A DNA stretch of 63,979 nucleotides, filler included, from Sandaracinaceae bacterium (GTDB lineage: Bacteria > Myxococcota_A > Polyangia > Polyangiales > JADJQN01), in the NCBI GenBank assembly GCA_947483975.1. It is 8 parts of 8 records of this genome, joined end to end, with 100 filler letters (N's around TTAATTAATTAA, not from the genome) between each part and the next. Parts side by side here need not be neighbours in the genome. Positions count along the whole stretch, not along the records: positions 8,134 to 16,112 come from CANKOL010000251.1; positions 16,213 to 24,184 come from CANKOL010000252.1; 6 more parts are not named here. One strand, written 5' to 3'. Under the pieces are notes generated by a model. It made no database searches. It was given only the letters and a program-made list of their open reading frames with translations, and had not been told where the DNA came from. Of this stretch, positions 8,408 to 18,600 are shown one piece after another. Each line of letters begins with the position of its first letter. Positions within the stretch are counted from its first letter, which is position 1. The position numbers and the translations under genes are program-made.

Positions 8408-8444
8408 TCGCGCCCTTCGGACCCCCGTCCGTCGTGAAAACGCC

Positions 8445-9050
8445 ATGGCTCAGTTCAGTCTCGACGTGAACGACCTCGACGAGCTCGGGAAGGACTACTC
8501 CTTCCCGGTCTCTGCGTCGTGGCTTGCCCGCGAGCTGGAGGGCTGCCCCGGCGTGCGCGCCCCGTCGGCGGACACCGCAGACGGTTCGCTCACCGTTCAC
8601 GCGCAGAAGTCCGGCAACGACGTGCTCGTCCGCGGTCACGTCACCGCGACCGTCGTCTCGGACTGCTATCGCTGCCTCGAGGACGTCAGCTGCACGGTGA
8701 CCGCCGAGCTGACGGCGCTCTACACCCCCGCGCCCGCCGCCAAGACCGGGCACTCGAAGGACTCGACCGCGAAGGCCGCCAAGGCGCCCGCGAAGCACGA
8801 GGAAGAGGACGACGACGAGATCGAGCCCGATGAGCTCGATCACGAGACGTTCACCGGTGACAAGCTGGTGCTCGACGCGTTCGTGCGCGAGCACGTCATC
8901 TTGGAAGTGCCGATGCAGCCGCTGTGTCGCGAGGACTGCCCGGGGATCCCGATCCCCGAGCACATCCGCGGCCCCGCGAATTTCGGTGAAGAAGAGGCCA
9001 AGGGCGGCGCGCTTCGTGCGGCGCTCTCGAAGCTCGAGCTGAAGAAGTAA
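8445..9050 (+). CDS. yceD: DUF177/YceD family protein
   Basis: CYRCL and PMQPLCREDCPG motifs; directly upstream of rpmF. Confidence 0.9.
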   Translation: MAQFSLDVNDLDELGKDYSFPVSASWLARELEGCPGVRAPSADTADGSLTVHAQKSGNDVLVRGHVTATVVSDCYRCLEDVSCTVTAELTALYTPAPAAKTGHSKDSTAKAAKAPAKHEEEDDDEIEPDELDHETFTGDKLVLDAFVREHVILEVPMQPLCREDCPGIPIPEHIRGPANFGEEEAKGGALRAALSKLELKK

Positions 9051-9064
9051 GAAGGAGTGTCCCC

Positions 9065-9265
9065 GTGGCGGTACCCAAGCGCAGAACGACTCGTAGCAAG
9101 CGCAACATGCGCCGCGCCAACCACGACAAAGTGGTCGCGCCGAACCTCATCCCGTGTCCGAAGTGCAGCGAGGTGATGGTCTCGCATCGCGTCTGCCCGT
9201 CGTGCGGGCACTACAAGGGCCGCGCCATCACGAAGAAGGCCGTCGCGGGCGCAGCTGAGAGCTGA
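9065..9265 (+). CDS. rpmF: 50S ribosomal protein L32 (Zn-ribbon type)
   Basis: MAVPKRRTTRSKRNMRR, CPKC...HRVCPSCGHYKG. Confidence 0.97.
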   Translation: MAVPKRRTTRSKRNMRRANHDKVVAPNLIPCPKCSEVMVSHRVCPSCGHYKGRAITKKAVAGAAES

Positions 9266-9294
9266 GCCGCGTACGACTGGGGGATGAGACGCCG

Positions 9295-10041
9295 ATGTTC
9301 GACCTGACGGGGAAGGTGGCGATCGTCACCGGGGGCTCGCGCGGCATCGGTCGCGCGGTCTCGGAGACGCTCGCGCGCTCGGGCGCGCACGTCGTCGTCA
9401 ACTATGCGGGCAACGAAGCTGCCGCGCGCGAGACCGTGGAGAAGATCCACGCCGCGGGCGGCAAGGCCGACGCCAAGCAGTTCGACGTCTCTGATCCCGC
9501 GGCCGTCGATGCGGCGATCAGCGAGGTGCACAAGCGCCTCGGGCGGCTCGATATCCTCGTCAGCAACGCCGGCATCGCGATGGACCAGCTCCTGCTCCGC
9601 GTGAAGCCTGAGGAAGTGGAGCGCACGTTCGCGACCAACGTGAGCGGCGCGATCTGGTGCGCGAAGAGCGCGATGCGGATCATGATGCGGCAGAAGACCG
9701 GCCGCATCATCCACCTCTCGAGCGTCGTCGCCGAATCCGGCAACCCCGGGCAGGCGGTCTACTCGGCCTCGAAGGCTGCGCTCATCGGGTTGACGAAAAC
9801 CCTCGCGCGGGAGTACGCCTCGCGCGGCGTGACCGTCAACGTGGTCGCGCCGGGGTTCATCGAGACGGATATGACCTCGAGTCTGTCCGACGAAGCGAAG
9901 AAGATGATTCTTGCGCAGACCCCTGCGGGTCGCGTTGGGCGCCCCGAGGAAATCGCGGCGGCTGTGCTCTACCTCGCAAGCGACGAGGCGAGCTACGTGA
10001 CCGGGCAGGTCTTGCGCGTAAACGGCGGAATGTACGTTTGA
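9295..10041 (+). CDS. fabG: 3-oxoacyl-ACP reductase
   Basis: TGGSRGIG, YSASK, VNGGM; fab operon context. Confidence 0.95.
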   Translation: MFDLTGKVAIVTGGSRGIGRAVSETLARSGAHVVVNYAGNEAAARETVEKIHAAGGKADAKQFDVSDPAAVDAAISEVHKRLGRLDILVSNAGIAMDQLLLRVKPEEVERTFATNVSGAIWCAKSAMRIMMRQKTGRIIHLSSVVAESGNPGQAVYSASKAALIGLTKTLAREYASRGVTVNVVAPGFIETDMTSSLSDEAKKMILAQTPAGRVGRPEEIAAAVLYLASDEASYVTGQVLRVNGGMYV

Positions 10042-10083
10042 TCAGCGGGCGTGCCGGGCGCGCCCACTCTCGGAGATACGCGG

Positions 10084-10323
10084 ATGGATATCGGACAGAA
10101 GGTCAAGGAGATCGCCTCCCAGCAGCTCGACGTGGACATCAACGAGATCAAGGAGACCTCCGCGTTCATCGAAGACCTCGGCGCTGACTCCCTCGCGATC
10201 GTCGAGCTCGTGCTCGCCTTCGAGGAGCAGTTCGAGATCGACATCCCCGACGAGGACACGGAGAAGATCCGCACCGTCGGCGACGCGGTCAGTTACATCT
10301 CGGGTCGTACGACCGTCAAGTGA
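10084..10323 (+). CDS. acpP: Acyl carrier protein
   Basis: DLGADSL phosphopantetheine site; acidic, 79 aa. Confidence 0.97.
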   Translation: MDIGQKVKEIASQQLDVDINEIKETSAFIEDLGADSLAIVELVLAFEEQFEIDIPDEDTEKIRTVGDAVSYISGRTTVK

Positions 10324-10370
10324 GCGCGGCGCGGCGCGTGAGCGCGTCGCGTAACGAGCATTTCCAGGGA

Positions 10371-10412
10371 GGCACCGCGCGCTGCGCTCGAGCGGCGCGC
10401 TGCGCCTTTTTT
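10371..10412 (+). terminator. Probable intrinsic terminator or attenuating hairpin after acpP
   Basis: GCGCGCTGC/GCGGCGCGC stem followed by TTTTTT. Confidence 0.55.
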
Positions 10413-10442
10413 CGTTTCATGGCGAGAGGGCGGTGAGTGCAC

Positions 10443-11690
10443 ATGGTTCGTCGAGTCGTCATCACGGGCGTAGGCATCACCAGCCCCTGCGGGCAGGACG
10501 CCGAGAGCACCTGGAAGTGTGTCTCGAGCGGGCAGAGCGGCATCGCACGCATCACGAACTTCGATTCGACGGAGTTCGCGTGCCACATCGCGGGTGAGGT
10601 CAAGGGCTTCAACCCCGAGCAGTGGATGGAGAAGAAGCGCGTCCGGGAGATGGACCGCTTCATTCACTTCGCGCTCGCCGCGGCGCAGATGGCCATCGAG
10701 AGCTCGGGCTTCGCCCCCGACGAGGAGCTGCGCGATCGGACGGGGACGTTCGTCGGCGTCGGCTTGTGCGGGCTCGGCACGCTCGAGAACACCGCGAAGG
10801 TCCTCGCCGAGAAGGGCCCGCGCAAGATCACCCCGTATTTCATCCCGGCGACCATCGCGAACCTGGCGCCTGGGCAGATCAGCATGCGCTGGAACCTGCG
10901 CGGCCCGAGCTACTCGACCTCGAGCGCGTGCTCGTCGAGCGGGCACTCGATCGGCGAAGCGTTCAAGTGGATCCAGCGCGGCGATCTCGACGCGGCGGTC
11001 GCGGGCGGCGCGGAGGCGACGGTCACGCCGCTCGGCGTCGGTGGCTTCACGGCGATGCGCGCGCTCTCGACGCGCAACGACGAGCCGACCAAGGCGAGCC
11101 GCCCCTACGACAAGGGGCGCGACGGCTTCGTGATGGGCGAGGGCGCGGCGATGCTGATCCTCGAGGAGCGCGCCGCCGCCATCAAGCGTGGGGCGAACAT
11201 CCTCGCGGAGCTCGTCGGCTACGGCACCTCGGCGGACGCCTATCACCTGACGCAGCCGGCGCCCGAGGGCGAGGGCGCGCAGCGGGCGATGCGGTTGGCG
11301 CTGAAGGACGGCGGCATCGAGGCGTCGCGCGTGGACTACATCAACGCGCACGGGACGAGCACGCCGACGGGCGACATCAACGAATTGAAGGCGATCCGCG
11401 CGGTGTTCGGCGATCGCGCGATCGGCGGCGGGCTCTGGGTGTCGAGCACCAAGAGCATGACGGGGCATCTGCTCGGCGCGTCGGGCGCGCTCGAGGCGGC
11501 GATCTCCGTGCTCGCGATCCGCGACGGCATCGTGCCGCCGACCATCAACCTCGACGACCCGGACGACGAGGCGAAGGGCTTCGAGTTGGTGCCGCACGAG
11601 GCGCGTCAGCGCAAGGTCGACGTCGCGCTGTCGAACAGCTTTGGCTTCGGCGGGACGAACGTCTCGCTGGCCATCGCGCGCCACACTTGA
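10443..11690 (+). CDS. fabF: Beta-ketoacyl-ACP synthase II
   Basis: SACSS, NAHGTST, KSMTGHLLGA, NSFGFGG. Confidence 0.96.
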   Translation: MVRRVVITGVGITSPCGQDAESTWKCVSSGQSGIARITNFDSTEFACHIAGEVKGFNPEQWMEKKRVREMDRFIHFALAAAQMAIESSGFAPDEELRDRTGTFVGVGLCGLGTLENTAKVLAEKGPRKITPYFIPATIANLAPGQISMRWNLRGPSYSTSSACSSSGHSIGEAFKWIQRGDLDAAVAGGAEATVTPLGVGGFTAMRALSTRNDEPTKASRPYDKGRDGFVMGEGAAMLILEERAAAIKRGANILAELVGYGTSADAYHLTQPAPEGEGAQRAMRLALKDGGIEASRVDYINAHGTSTPTGDINELKAIRAVFGDRAIGGGLWVSSTKSMTGHLLGASGALEAAISVLAIRDGIVPPTINLDDPDDEAKGFELVPHEARQRKVDVALSNSFGFGGTNVSLAIARHT

Positions 11691-11718
11691 GCGGGCTGGA
11701 CTCGTGATGATCGCGGTC

Positions 11719-11888
11719 GCGGGGCAGTCATGACGATCGCTTACGCGGGGCAGTCATGACGAACGCTTACGCGGGGCAGTCATGACGATCGCTTATGCGG
11801 GGCAGTCATGACGAACGCTTACGCGGGGCAGTCATGACGAACGCTTACGCGGGGCAGTCATGACGAACGCTTACGCGGGGCAGTCATG
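11719..11888 (+). repeat. 26-bp tandem repeat, six full copies plus one partial
   Basis: GCGGGGCAGTCATGACGA(T/A)CGCTTA(C/T); the last partial copy supplies the ATG at 11886. Confidence 0.97.
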
Positions 11889-12080
11889 AAGATCGAGCGG
11901 GACGCGCGCTTCGAGGCGGAGGCGAGCGCGCACGCGCTGCGTTGGTCCTGCGAGGACTGCGCGCTCTTCGACGAGGAGCGCGAGAGGTGTGCGCACGGGT
12001 TCCCGACCGAGGAGCACCGGCGCGCGTACAACGAGCGCGGAGTGTTGCTCGTGTTCTGCAAGGAATTCGAGCTGGAGTAG
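11886..12080 (+). CDS. 64-aa Cys/His putative metal-binding protein
   Basis: CEDC...CAHG...H...FCKEFE; host-like codon usage. Confidence 0.75.
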   Translation: MKIERDARFEAEASAHALRWSCEDCALFDEERERCAHGFPTEEHRRAYNERGVLLVFCKEFELE

Positions 12081-12149
12081 GCGCCGCTCGGAGTTCTCCA
12101 GAGCGGGTCTCGCGGGCCGCTGGTCCCCCTGGCGCGGGGCGTCGGCGAC

Positions 12150-13625
12150 CTACAGAGCGCGGGGCGGCATCGAGTCGCGCTGCCTGCGGTCCTCGGCGAT
12201 CTCGTGGCGCTCGCCGTGCTCGACGGGCTGCGGGTAGCGGCCGTCGAAGCAGGCTGCGCAGCGCGCGCCGGGGAGGGCGCGGTTCATCGCCTCGACCGGG
12301 AGGTAGGTCAGGGACTCGACCTCGAGGGCGGCCGCCGCTTGCTGCTCGAGCGCGTCGAGGTCCCCGTCGAAGCGCCGCGCGAAGAGCTCTTCTTCGGTGG
12401 ACATATCGATGCCGTAGAAGCACGGATGGAGCACCGGCGGCGAGTGGATCGCGAGGTGGACCTCCGCCGCGCCCGCATCGCGCAGGAGCTCGTTGACGCG
12501 CTTGAGCGTGGCGCCGCGCACGATGGAGTCGTCGACGAGCAGCACGCGCCGGCCGACGATCTCGGAGCGCAGCGGGTTGAGCTTGAGGCGCAGCGCCGAC
12601 ACGCGGGAGACCGCGTCGGGCATGATGAACGTGCGGCCGCTGTAGCGGTTCTTGATGAAGCCTTCGCGGAGCGGCAGGCCGAGCGTCTCGGCGAGGGCCG
12701 CGGCGGCGGGGCGCGCGGTGTCGGGCACGGGCACGACGACGTCGGCGACGATGCCCTTGCCCGCGATGCGCCGGGCGAGCGCTTCACCGAGCGCGAGGCG
12801 CGATTGATACACGCCGCGCCCGTCGATGATCGAGTCGGGGCGCGCGAAGTAGATGTGCTCGAACACGCACGGCGCGCGGTCCGCTTGCTCGAGCGTGCGG
12901 CGAATCGGGGGCTCGCCAGCGCGCAGAAAGAGCGCCTCACCCGCGCAGGGCTCCTCGAGACGCTCGAAGCCGAGCACGTCGAGCGCGACGGTCTCGCTCG
13001 CGCAGATCCACGCCAGGTGCTCGCCGGTGCCGCGGTGCCCGAGCACGGCGGGGCGGATCCCGTTCGGATCGCGGAACACGACCAGGGTCGGACGCCCGTC
13101 GAGCATCAGCACGGCGACGATCGAGTAGCTGCCTTGGACTCGGCGCCGCACCTCGCGGAGCGCCGTCATCGCGTCGTCGATGGTGTGCCCGGTGCGCCGC
13201 GCTTGGTTGAGCGCGTCGGCGAACTCACAGAGGACCGGCTCGACGTCGCACTGCGAGAGCAGGTGGATCGAGCGCTCGCGCAGCGAGTCGCGGACCGCTC
13301 CGTAGTTCGTCAGGTTGCCGTTGTGCGCCATCAGCACGCCGGGCTGACGGAAGAAGAACGGCTGCGCGTCGCGCAGCAAGCCGCGCCCGATCGTCGGATA
13401 GCGGACGTGCCCGATGCCGACGGGACCGCTCAGCGTCGCGAGCGCCTCGCCCGGGATCGCCTGGGCGACCTGACCGAGCCCGCGATGCGCGAAGAACTCG
13501 TTCCCGTCGGCCTGCATCGTCGCGATGCCCGCGCAGTCCTGGCCGCGGTGCTGCAGCGCCTGCAGGGCGATGTGGAGCTCAGGAGCGACTTCTGCGGACG
13601 CCACGATGCCGACGAAGCCACACAT
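12150..13625 (-). CDS. purF: Amidophosphoribosyltransferase
   Basis: N-terminal MCG, LQHRGQD, GHVRY, LVDDSIVRG, CVFEHIYFARPDS, Fe-S-type Cys (PCFYGID, CAACF). Confidence 0.95.
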   Translation of the reverse strand: MCGFVGIVASAEVAPELHIALQALQHRGQDCAGIATMQADGNEFFAHRGLGQVAQAIPGEALATLSGPVGIGHVRYPTIGRGLLRDAQPFFFRQPGVLMAHNGNLTNYGAVRDSLRERSIHLLSQCDVEPVLCEFADALNQARRTGHTIDDAMTALREVRRRVQGSYSIVAVLMLDGRPTLVVFRDPNGIRPAVLGHRGTGEHLAWICASETVALDVLGFERLEEPCAGEALFLRAGEPPIRRTLEQADRAPCVFEHIYFARPDSIIDGRGVYQSRLALGEALARRIAGKGIVADVVVPVPDTARPAAAALAETLGLPLREGFIKNRYSGRTFIMPDAVSRVSALRLKLNPLRSEIVGRRVLLVDDSIVRGATLKRVNELLRDAGAAEVHLAIHSPPVLHPCFYGIDMSTEEELFARRFDGDLDALEQQAAAALEVESLTYLPVEAMNRALPGARCAACFDGRYPQPVEHGERHEIAEDRRQRDSMPPRAL

Positions 13626-13662
13626 GGTCGCGGCTTCTAGCACAGGCGCGGAAAATCCGAAC

Positions 13663-14964
13663 TCAGCTCTCGAAGAACGCCTTGAGCACCGCGACCATCT
13701 GCGCGACGTCGCTCGCGGCGCAGAGCTCGCGGATGCTGTGCATGGAGAGCATCGGGTTGCCGACGTCGACCGTGCGGATGCCGAGCTGCGCGGCCGTGAT
13801 CGGGCCGATCGTCGAGCCGCAGCCGAGGTCGCTGCGGGTGACGAAGTGCTGCGGCTTGACGTTCGCGCGGCGGCAGAGCGCCTCGAAGGTGGCCCAGCTC
13901 TCGCCGTCGGTCGCGTAGCTCTGGCTGGAGTTGCTCTTGAGCACCGGGCCGCGGCCGAGGTGCGGCATATGCGCCGGCTCGTGCTTGTCGGCGTAGTTGG
14001 GATGGACCGCGTGGGCCATGTCGGCGGAGATGAAGAAGCTCCGCGCGAGGGCGCGGTGGAGGCTGTCGCCGCGGTGTTCCTGCGCGAGGACGAGGCGCTC
14101 GAGCATGGAGCGCAGCAGCGGCGAGTCGGCGCCTTGGGCGCTCCTGCTGCCGCACTCTTCGTGGTCGTAGAGGACGACGCCGCGCGTCGCGTCGTGCGGG
14201 CCATCGACCGCGAGCAGCGCGCTCAGCGCGGCGTGGCAGCTCGCGAGGTTGTCGAGGCGCGGGGCGTGGAGCAGCTCGCCGCGCAGGCCCGAGCGCGTCG
14301 ACGGGACGACGTCGTAGAGCGAGAGGTCGAAGCCGAGGATGTCCTTGCCGCTCGTCGGGTGCCCGGTCTCGCCGAGCCGCGCCGCGACGAGCTCGCGCAC
14401 GTCGAGCGGGCCGAGCGCCTCGAGCCCGAGGAGCGGCGGCAGGTGCTGCTGCGCGTTGAGGATCAGGCCGTCGGTGTTGACGCCGCGGTTGAGGTGGATC
14501 GCGAGGCTCGGCACGCGCGCGATCGGGCGATCGAAGCGGACGAGGTGCGTCGCGAGCCCCGTGTCGCGCTGCACGAGGACGCGCCCCGCGAGCGAGAGAT
14601 CGCGGTCGAGCCAGGTGTGATAGAGGACGCCGCCGTAGGGCTCGACGCCGAGCGTGTGGAGGCCATTCTTGGTGACCTCGGGGCGCGGCTTCAGGCGCAG
14701 GTTCGGTGAGTCCGTGTGCGCGCCGACGAGGTGAAAGCCCGCGCGCTCGACCGGCACGCCGCCGACGACGAAGGCCAGCACGCTCGAGTCGCCGCGCGTG
14801 ACGTACACCTTGTCGCCGGGGCTCAGCGCCCAAGACTCGCGCTCGTCGAGCGCGCGAAAGCCCGCGGCGACGAGGCGGCGTACGGTCTCCGCGCACGCGT
14901 GATAGGGCGTCGGTGAGGCGTCTACGTAGGCGAGGAGATCGTCAGCGGAGTCGGGCGCGTTCAT
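13663..14964 (-). CDS. M18-family (aspartyl) aminopeptidase
   Basis: AHTDSP, RLDN, DHEE, SADMAHAVHPNY, CGSTIGP, LSMHSIRE. Confidence 0.95.
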   Translation of the reverse strand: MNAPDSADDLLAYVDASPTPYHACAETVRRLVAAGFRALDERESWALSPGDKVYVTRGDSSVLAFVVGGVPVERAGFHLVGAHTDSPNLRLKPRPEVTKNGLHTLGVEPYGGVLYHTWLDRDLSLAGRVLVQRDTGLATHLVRFDRPIARVPSLAIHLNRGVNTDGLILNAQQHLPPLLGLEALGPLDVRELVAARLGETGHPTSGKDILGFDLSLYDVVPSTRSGLRGELLHAPRLDNLASCHAALSALLAVDGPHDATRGVVLYDHEECGSRSAQGADSPLLRSMLERLVLAQEHRGDSLHRALARSFFISADMAHAVHPNYADKHEPAHMPHLGRGPVLKSNSSQSYATDGESWATFEALCRRANVKPQHFVTRSDLGCGSTIGPITAAQLGIRTVDVGNPMLSMHSIRELCAASDVAQMVAVLKAFFES

Positions 14965-15003
14965 CGGCGCCGAGCCTAGCGCATCCGTCGGGGTCTGCGC
15001 GCG

Positions 15004-16112
15004 TCAGCGGAGGGGCGCGCGGTCGTAGGTCTCGGTGAGCATCCGCAGGCGCTCGACGGAGCCCGGCGCGAGGTCGGTGAGGCGCATCCGCCACGACCAG
15101 TTGCCGTCCATCGTGCCGGGCGTGTTCATGCGCGCCTCGCTGCCGAGCCCGAGCACGTCTTGCATCGGCAGCACGGCGAGGTTCGAGGGCGAGAGCAGCG
15201 CCATGCGGATCATGTCCCAGTGCACCTCGCGCCCGTCGCTCGCGAGGTAGCGGAGCGCGCGCGCGCGGGAGTCCGGGTCGCCCTGCGGGTCGCGGAACCA
15301 GCCGAGGGTCGTGTCGTTGTCGTGCGTGCCGGTGTAGGCGACCGAGCGGTGCGGGAACGCGTGCGGGCGGTAGTCGCGGGAGCCCGCGTCGCCGCCGAAC
15401 GCGAACTGCAGCACGCGCATGCCGGGGAGCTCGAGGTCGTCGCGCAGCGCCTTCACCTCGTCGGTGAGCACGCCGAGGTCCTCGGCGATCAGCGGGAGCG
15501 CGCCGAGCGCGCGCGTCGCGGCGTCGAAGAGGGCGCGTCCGGGCCCTGGTCGGAAGCGACCGTTGCGCGCGTCGGGCTCTGCCGCGGGGACCTCCCAGTA
15601 GCGATGGAAGCCGATGAAGTGATCGAGGCGCACGGCGTCGAAGCGCGCGAACGCGCCGCGGAGGCGCTCGATCCACCACGAGAAGCCCTGCGCCGCGTGC
15701 ACGTCCCAGCGGTAGAGCGCGTTGCCCCAGCGCTGACCGGTCTCGCTGAAGTAGTCGGGCGGCACGCCGGCGACGACGGTGGGGCGGCCGTCTTCTCCCA
15801 GGAAATACAGATCTTGGTGCGCCCAGACGTCGGCGCTGTCGTCGGCGACGAAGATCGGCACATCGCCCATGAGCGCGATGCCGCGCGCGGCGCAGTGTCG
15901 TCGGAGCGCGCGCCACTGGGTGTCGAAGCACCACTGCACGAAGCGCAGGTAGTCGAGCTCGCTCGAGTGCTCGACGCTGGCCAGCGCGAGCGCCTGCGGC
16001 TCGCGGCGCCGGAGCGCGGGCGCGAAGTCGAACCACGCCGCGCCGCCGTGCGCGCGCTTGAGCGCGGCGTAGAGCAGGAAGTCGTCGAGCCAGCTCCGCT
16101 CGCGCACGGCGA
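15004..16112 (-). CDS. malQ: 4-alpha-glucanotransferase (5' truncated by contig edge)
   Basis: AGVPPDYFSETGQRWGN, RLDHF, IAEDLG, YTGTHDNDT. Confidence 0.95.
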
Positions 16113-16213
16113 NNNNNNNNNNNNNNNNNNNNNNNNNNNNNNNNNNNNNNNNNNNNTTAATTAATTAANNNNNNNNNNNNNNNNNNNNNNNNNNNNNNNN
16201 NNNNNNNNNNNNG

Positions 16214-18421
16214 CTGCTGCTCGGCGGGGCGCCAGCGCTCGCGCAGGACGCGCAGGCGCTCGCGCAGGACGCGCCGGCGCGGCGGGCGAACGACCGCGCG
16301 GCGGAGCTCGACGGGCTCGGCTCGCTGCTCGAAGAGTCGGTGGTGACGACGGCGTCGCGCGGCGCAGAGCGCGTGAGCACTGCCCCGGCGGCGATCTTCA
16401 CGCTCACCGCCGCGGAGCTGCGCACCTACGGGATCCGCTCGGTGGATGAGGCGCTCGCGTTTCTCGGCATCGGCATGCAGGCGACGCGCCTCCGCGACTA
16501 CGAGAGCAGCGGCGACGTCGGCGCGCAGGGGCTGATGCTGCGCGACTCGGGGCGGCACGTGCTCGTGCTGCTCGATGGGCAGGTGATGAACGCACAGGAC
16601 ACCGGCAGCGTCGCGGTGCACGAGGGGCTCGGGGTGCCGCTCGAGGCGATCGATCACCTCGAGGTCGTGCTCGGCGCGGGCTCGGTGATGTACGGCTCGA
16701 ACGCGATGCTGGCGGTCGTGCACATCTTCACGCGGCGCGCGGCGGACGCCCCGGGCGTGCACGCGACGGCGGAGCTGGGGCTGGCGCCGCCGAGCGGCAC
16801 CGACGGGCAGCCGACGACGCTCGCGCGCGACGGCGACCGCGTGGGGCTGCGCTACCGGCTCGGCGTCGGCTTCGCGCGGGAGTTTCGCGTCCGCGGCTCC
16901 GAGGCGGAGTTCACCGTGCGGGCGGAGTGGCTCGAGGAGCTCAGCAACTCGTACCGCGTGCCGCGCTTCACGAGCGGGCAGCTCCGTCCCGACGAGACGA
17001 CCTGGGGCGGCGCCGCGCACCACGCGCTCCAGGCGCCGAGCGTCGTCGCGGCGCTCGAGATCGGGCAGTTCAGGCTGCAGGTGCAGGCGAGCCACCTCGC
17101 GCGGGAGATGCCGCTGGTCGGGCTCTTCGATGACCCGCGGGCGCTCGAGGAGCGGAGTCAGCTGCACGTCAGCCTGCGGCACGCGGCGCTGCTCGACGCG
17201 CACGCCGCGCTGACGACGCGCCTCTACGGCGACCTCAGCGACTGGTCCGAGACCTCGGACTGGACGTCCTGGTGCCTGCCCGGGCAGCTCGATGGCTGCG
17301 CCGTCGCGATGCGCAGCCGCGGGCGCTCGGCGGGGCTCGAGCAGCAGCTCGCCGTGGACTGGGCCCTCGACGGCGCGCTCGTGACGACGCTCGGCTACGA
17401 CGTCCGGGGGCGCGACGCGACCTCGCGCCCGGCGGACTACGTCGACCTCGTGACGGGCGCGCCGCCGGCGACGACGCGCCTGCCGTACTCGCACGAGGTG
17501 AGCGCGCTCGGCGCGGTCTTCGCGCAGCAGGTCTGGGAGCCGGTCGAGTGGCTGGCCCTCAACGGCGGGGCGCGCCTCGACCTCGACGGCCTCTTCGGCG
17601 CGCGCCTCTCGCCGCGGCTCGCCGCGACGGTCACACCGGCGGAGGGGACGTCCATCCGCGCGAGCTACGCAGAGGCGTTCCGCGCGCCGACCGCGTTCGA
17701 GCTCGACCAGCTCGATCCGACGTACCGCGTGCGGGCGCCGCAGCTCGCGCCCGAGACCGCGCGCACGGTGGAGCTCGAGTGGCAGCAGCGCGTCGGCTGG
17801 GCGTCGTTCTCGCTGCGCGGCTTCCTCTCGTTCTACGAGGGCTTCATCGACACGCGCCCGGCGACCGCGGAGGAGTACGCCGCCGCGCTCGCGAGCGGCG
17901 ACCTCGACGCGTCCGCAGTGCTCGATTGGGTCGTTCGCTGGGACAACCTCGACGCGCTGCGCTCCGCGGGGGGCTCGCTCGCGTTCACGCTAAGGCCGAC
18001 GCGGGGGCTCGTCGTCGGGGGCAGCGTGATGCTCGCGGACACGCGGATGGACGGGCAGGCCGTGCCGCTCGTGCCGCTCTGGATGGGCAACGCGCGCGTC
18101 GCGTACACGTTCGTGCCGGACGGCGCGACCCTCGCGCTGGTGTCGTCGTTCTCGGGAAGGCGCATCGCCTACGCGGACTTCGAGACGATCGGCACGCATT
18201 ACGCGGGCGCGCAGCTCGACCTCCGAGCGACCTTCACGGCGCCGTTCCCGGGGGTCCCCGGGCTCAGCCTGCGAGCCGCCGTCTCCTACGCGGTGAGACC
18301 GCTCCTCCCGTATCTGCTCGCCGCGCCGACCTCCGACGACCCGGACGCGCGCGCGGTGCTCACTCCAACGTCGAGCGCCCTGAGCGGGCTCGTGGGGCTA
18401 CAGCTTGACCTCGACCCCTGA
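16214..18421 (+). CDS. TonB-dependent receptor, paralog 1 (start cut by contig edge)
   Basis: Plug motifs VVTTASR, VLLDG, LEVVLGAGSVMYGSNAMLAVV; barrel motifs FRAPT, PETARTVE. Confidence 0.9.
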   Translation: MLLGGAPALAQDAQALAQDAPARRANDRAAELDGLGSLLEESVVTTASRGAERVSTAPAAIFTLTAAELRTYGIRSVDEALAFLGIGMQATRLRDYESSGDVGAQGLMLRDSGRHVLVLLDGQVMNAQDTGSVAVHEGLGVPLEAIDHLEVVLGAGSVMYGSNAMLAVVHIFTRRAADAPGVHATAELGLAPPSGTDGQPTTLARDGDRVGLRYRLGVGFAREFRVRGSEAEFTVRAEWLEELSNSYRVPRFTSGQLRPDETTWGGAAHHALQAPSVVAALEIGQFRLQVQASHLAREMPLVGLFDDPRALEERSQLHVSLRHAALLDAHAALTTRLYGDLSDWSETSDWTSWCLPGQLDGCAVAMRSRGRSAGLEQQLAVDWALDGALVTTLGYDVRGRDATSRPADYVDLVTGAPPATTRLPYSHEVSALGAVFAQQVWEPVEWLALNGGARLDLDGLFGARLSPRLAATVTPAEGTSIRASYAEAFRAPTAFELDQLDPTYRVRAPQLAPETARTVELEWQQRVGWASFSLRGFLSFYEGFIDTRPATAEEYAAALASGDLDASAVLDWVVRWDNLDALRSAGGSLAFTLRPTRGLVVGGSVMLADTRMDGQAVPLVPLWMGNARVAYTFVPDGATLALVSSFSGRRIAYADFETIGTHYAGAQLDLRATFTAPFPGVPGLSLRAAVSYAVRPLLPYLLAAPTSDDPDARAVLTPTSSALSGLVGLQLDLDP

Positions 18422-18600
18422 GCGCCGCGCCCCAGCGCCCGCGGTCGAATCGCCCGCGCCCGGCGCTGGGCGAAAAAGGCGGAGTCCATGTAGGTTATGT
18501 GGGCGCCACCGCAGAAATACGGCGTCGCGCTGCGCGTTCAGGCTACTCACGAGTCCCCATTCGGTTACCGTCTACCCCATGCGACCCGGAGGGGTGGACG

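Noticed and set aside
11719..11888. CRISPR interpretation of the 26-bp repeats
   Set aside because: The units are contiguous with no spacers.
12150..14204. 684-aa PurF with a long N-terminal extension
   Set aside because: PurF needs an N-terminal Cys (MCG at 13625); the extension overlaps the peptidase gene out of frame.
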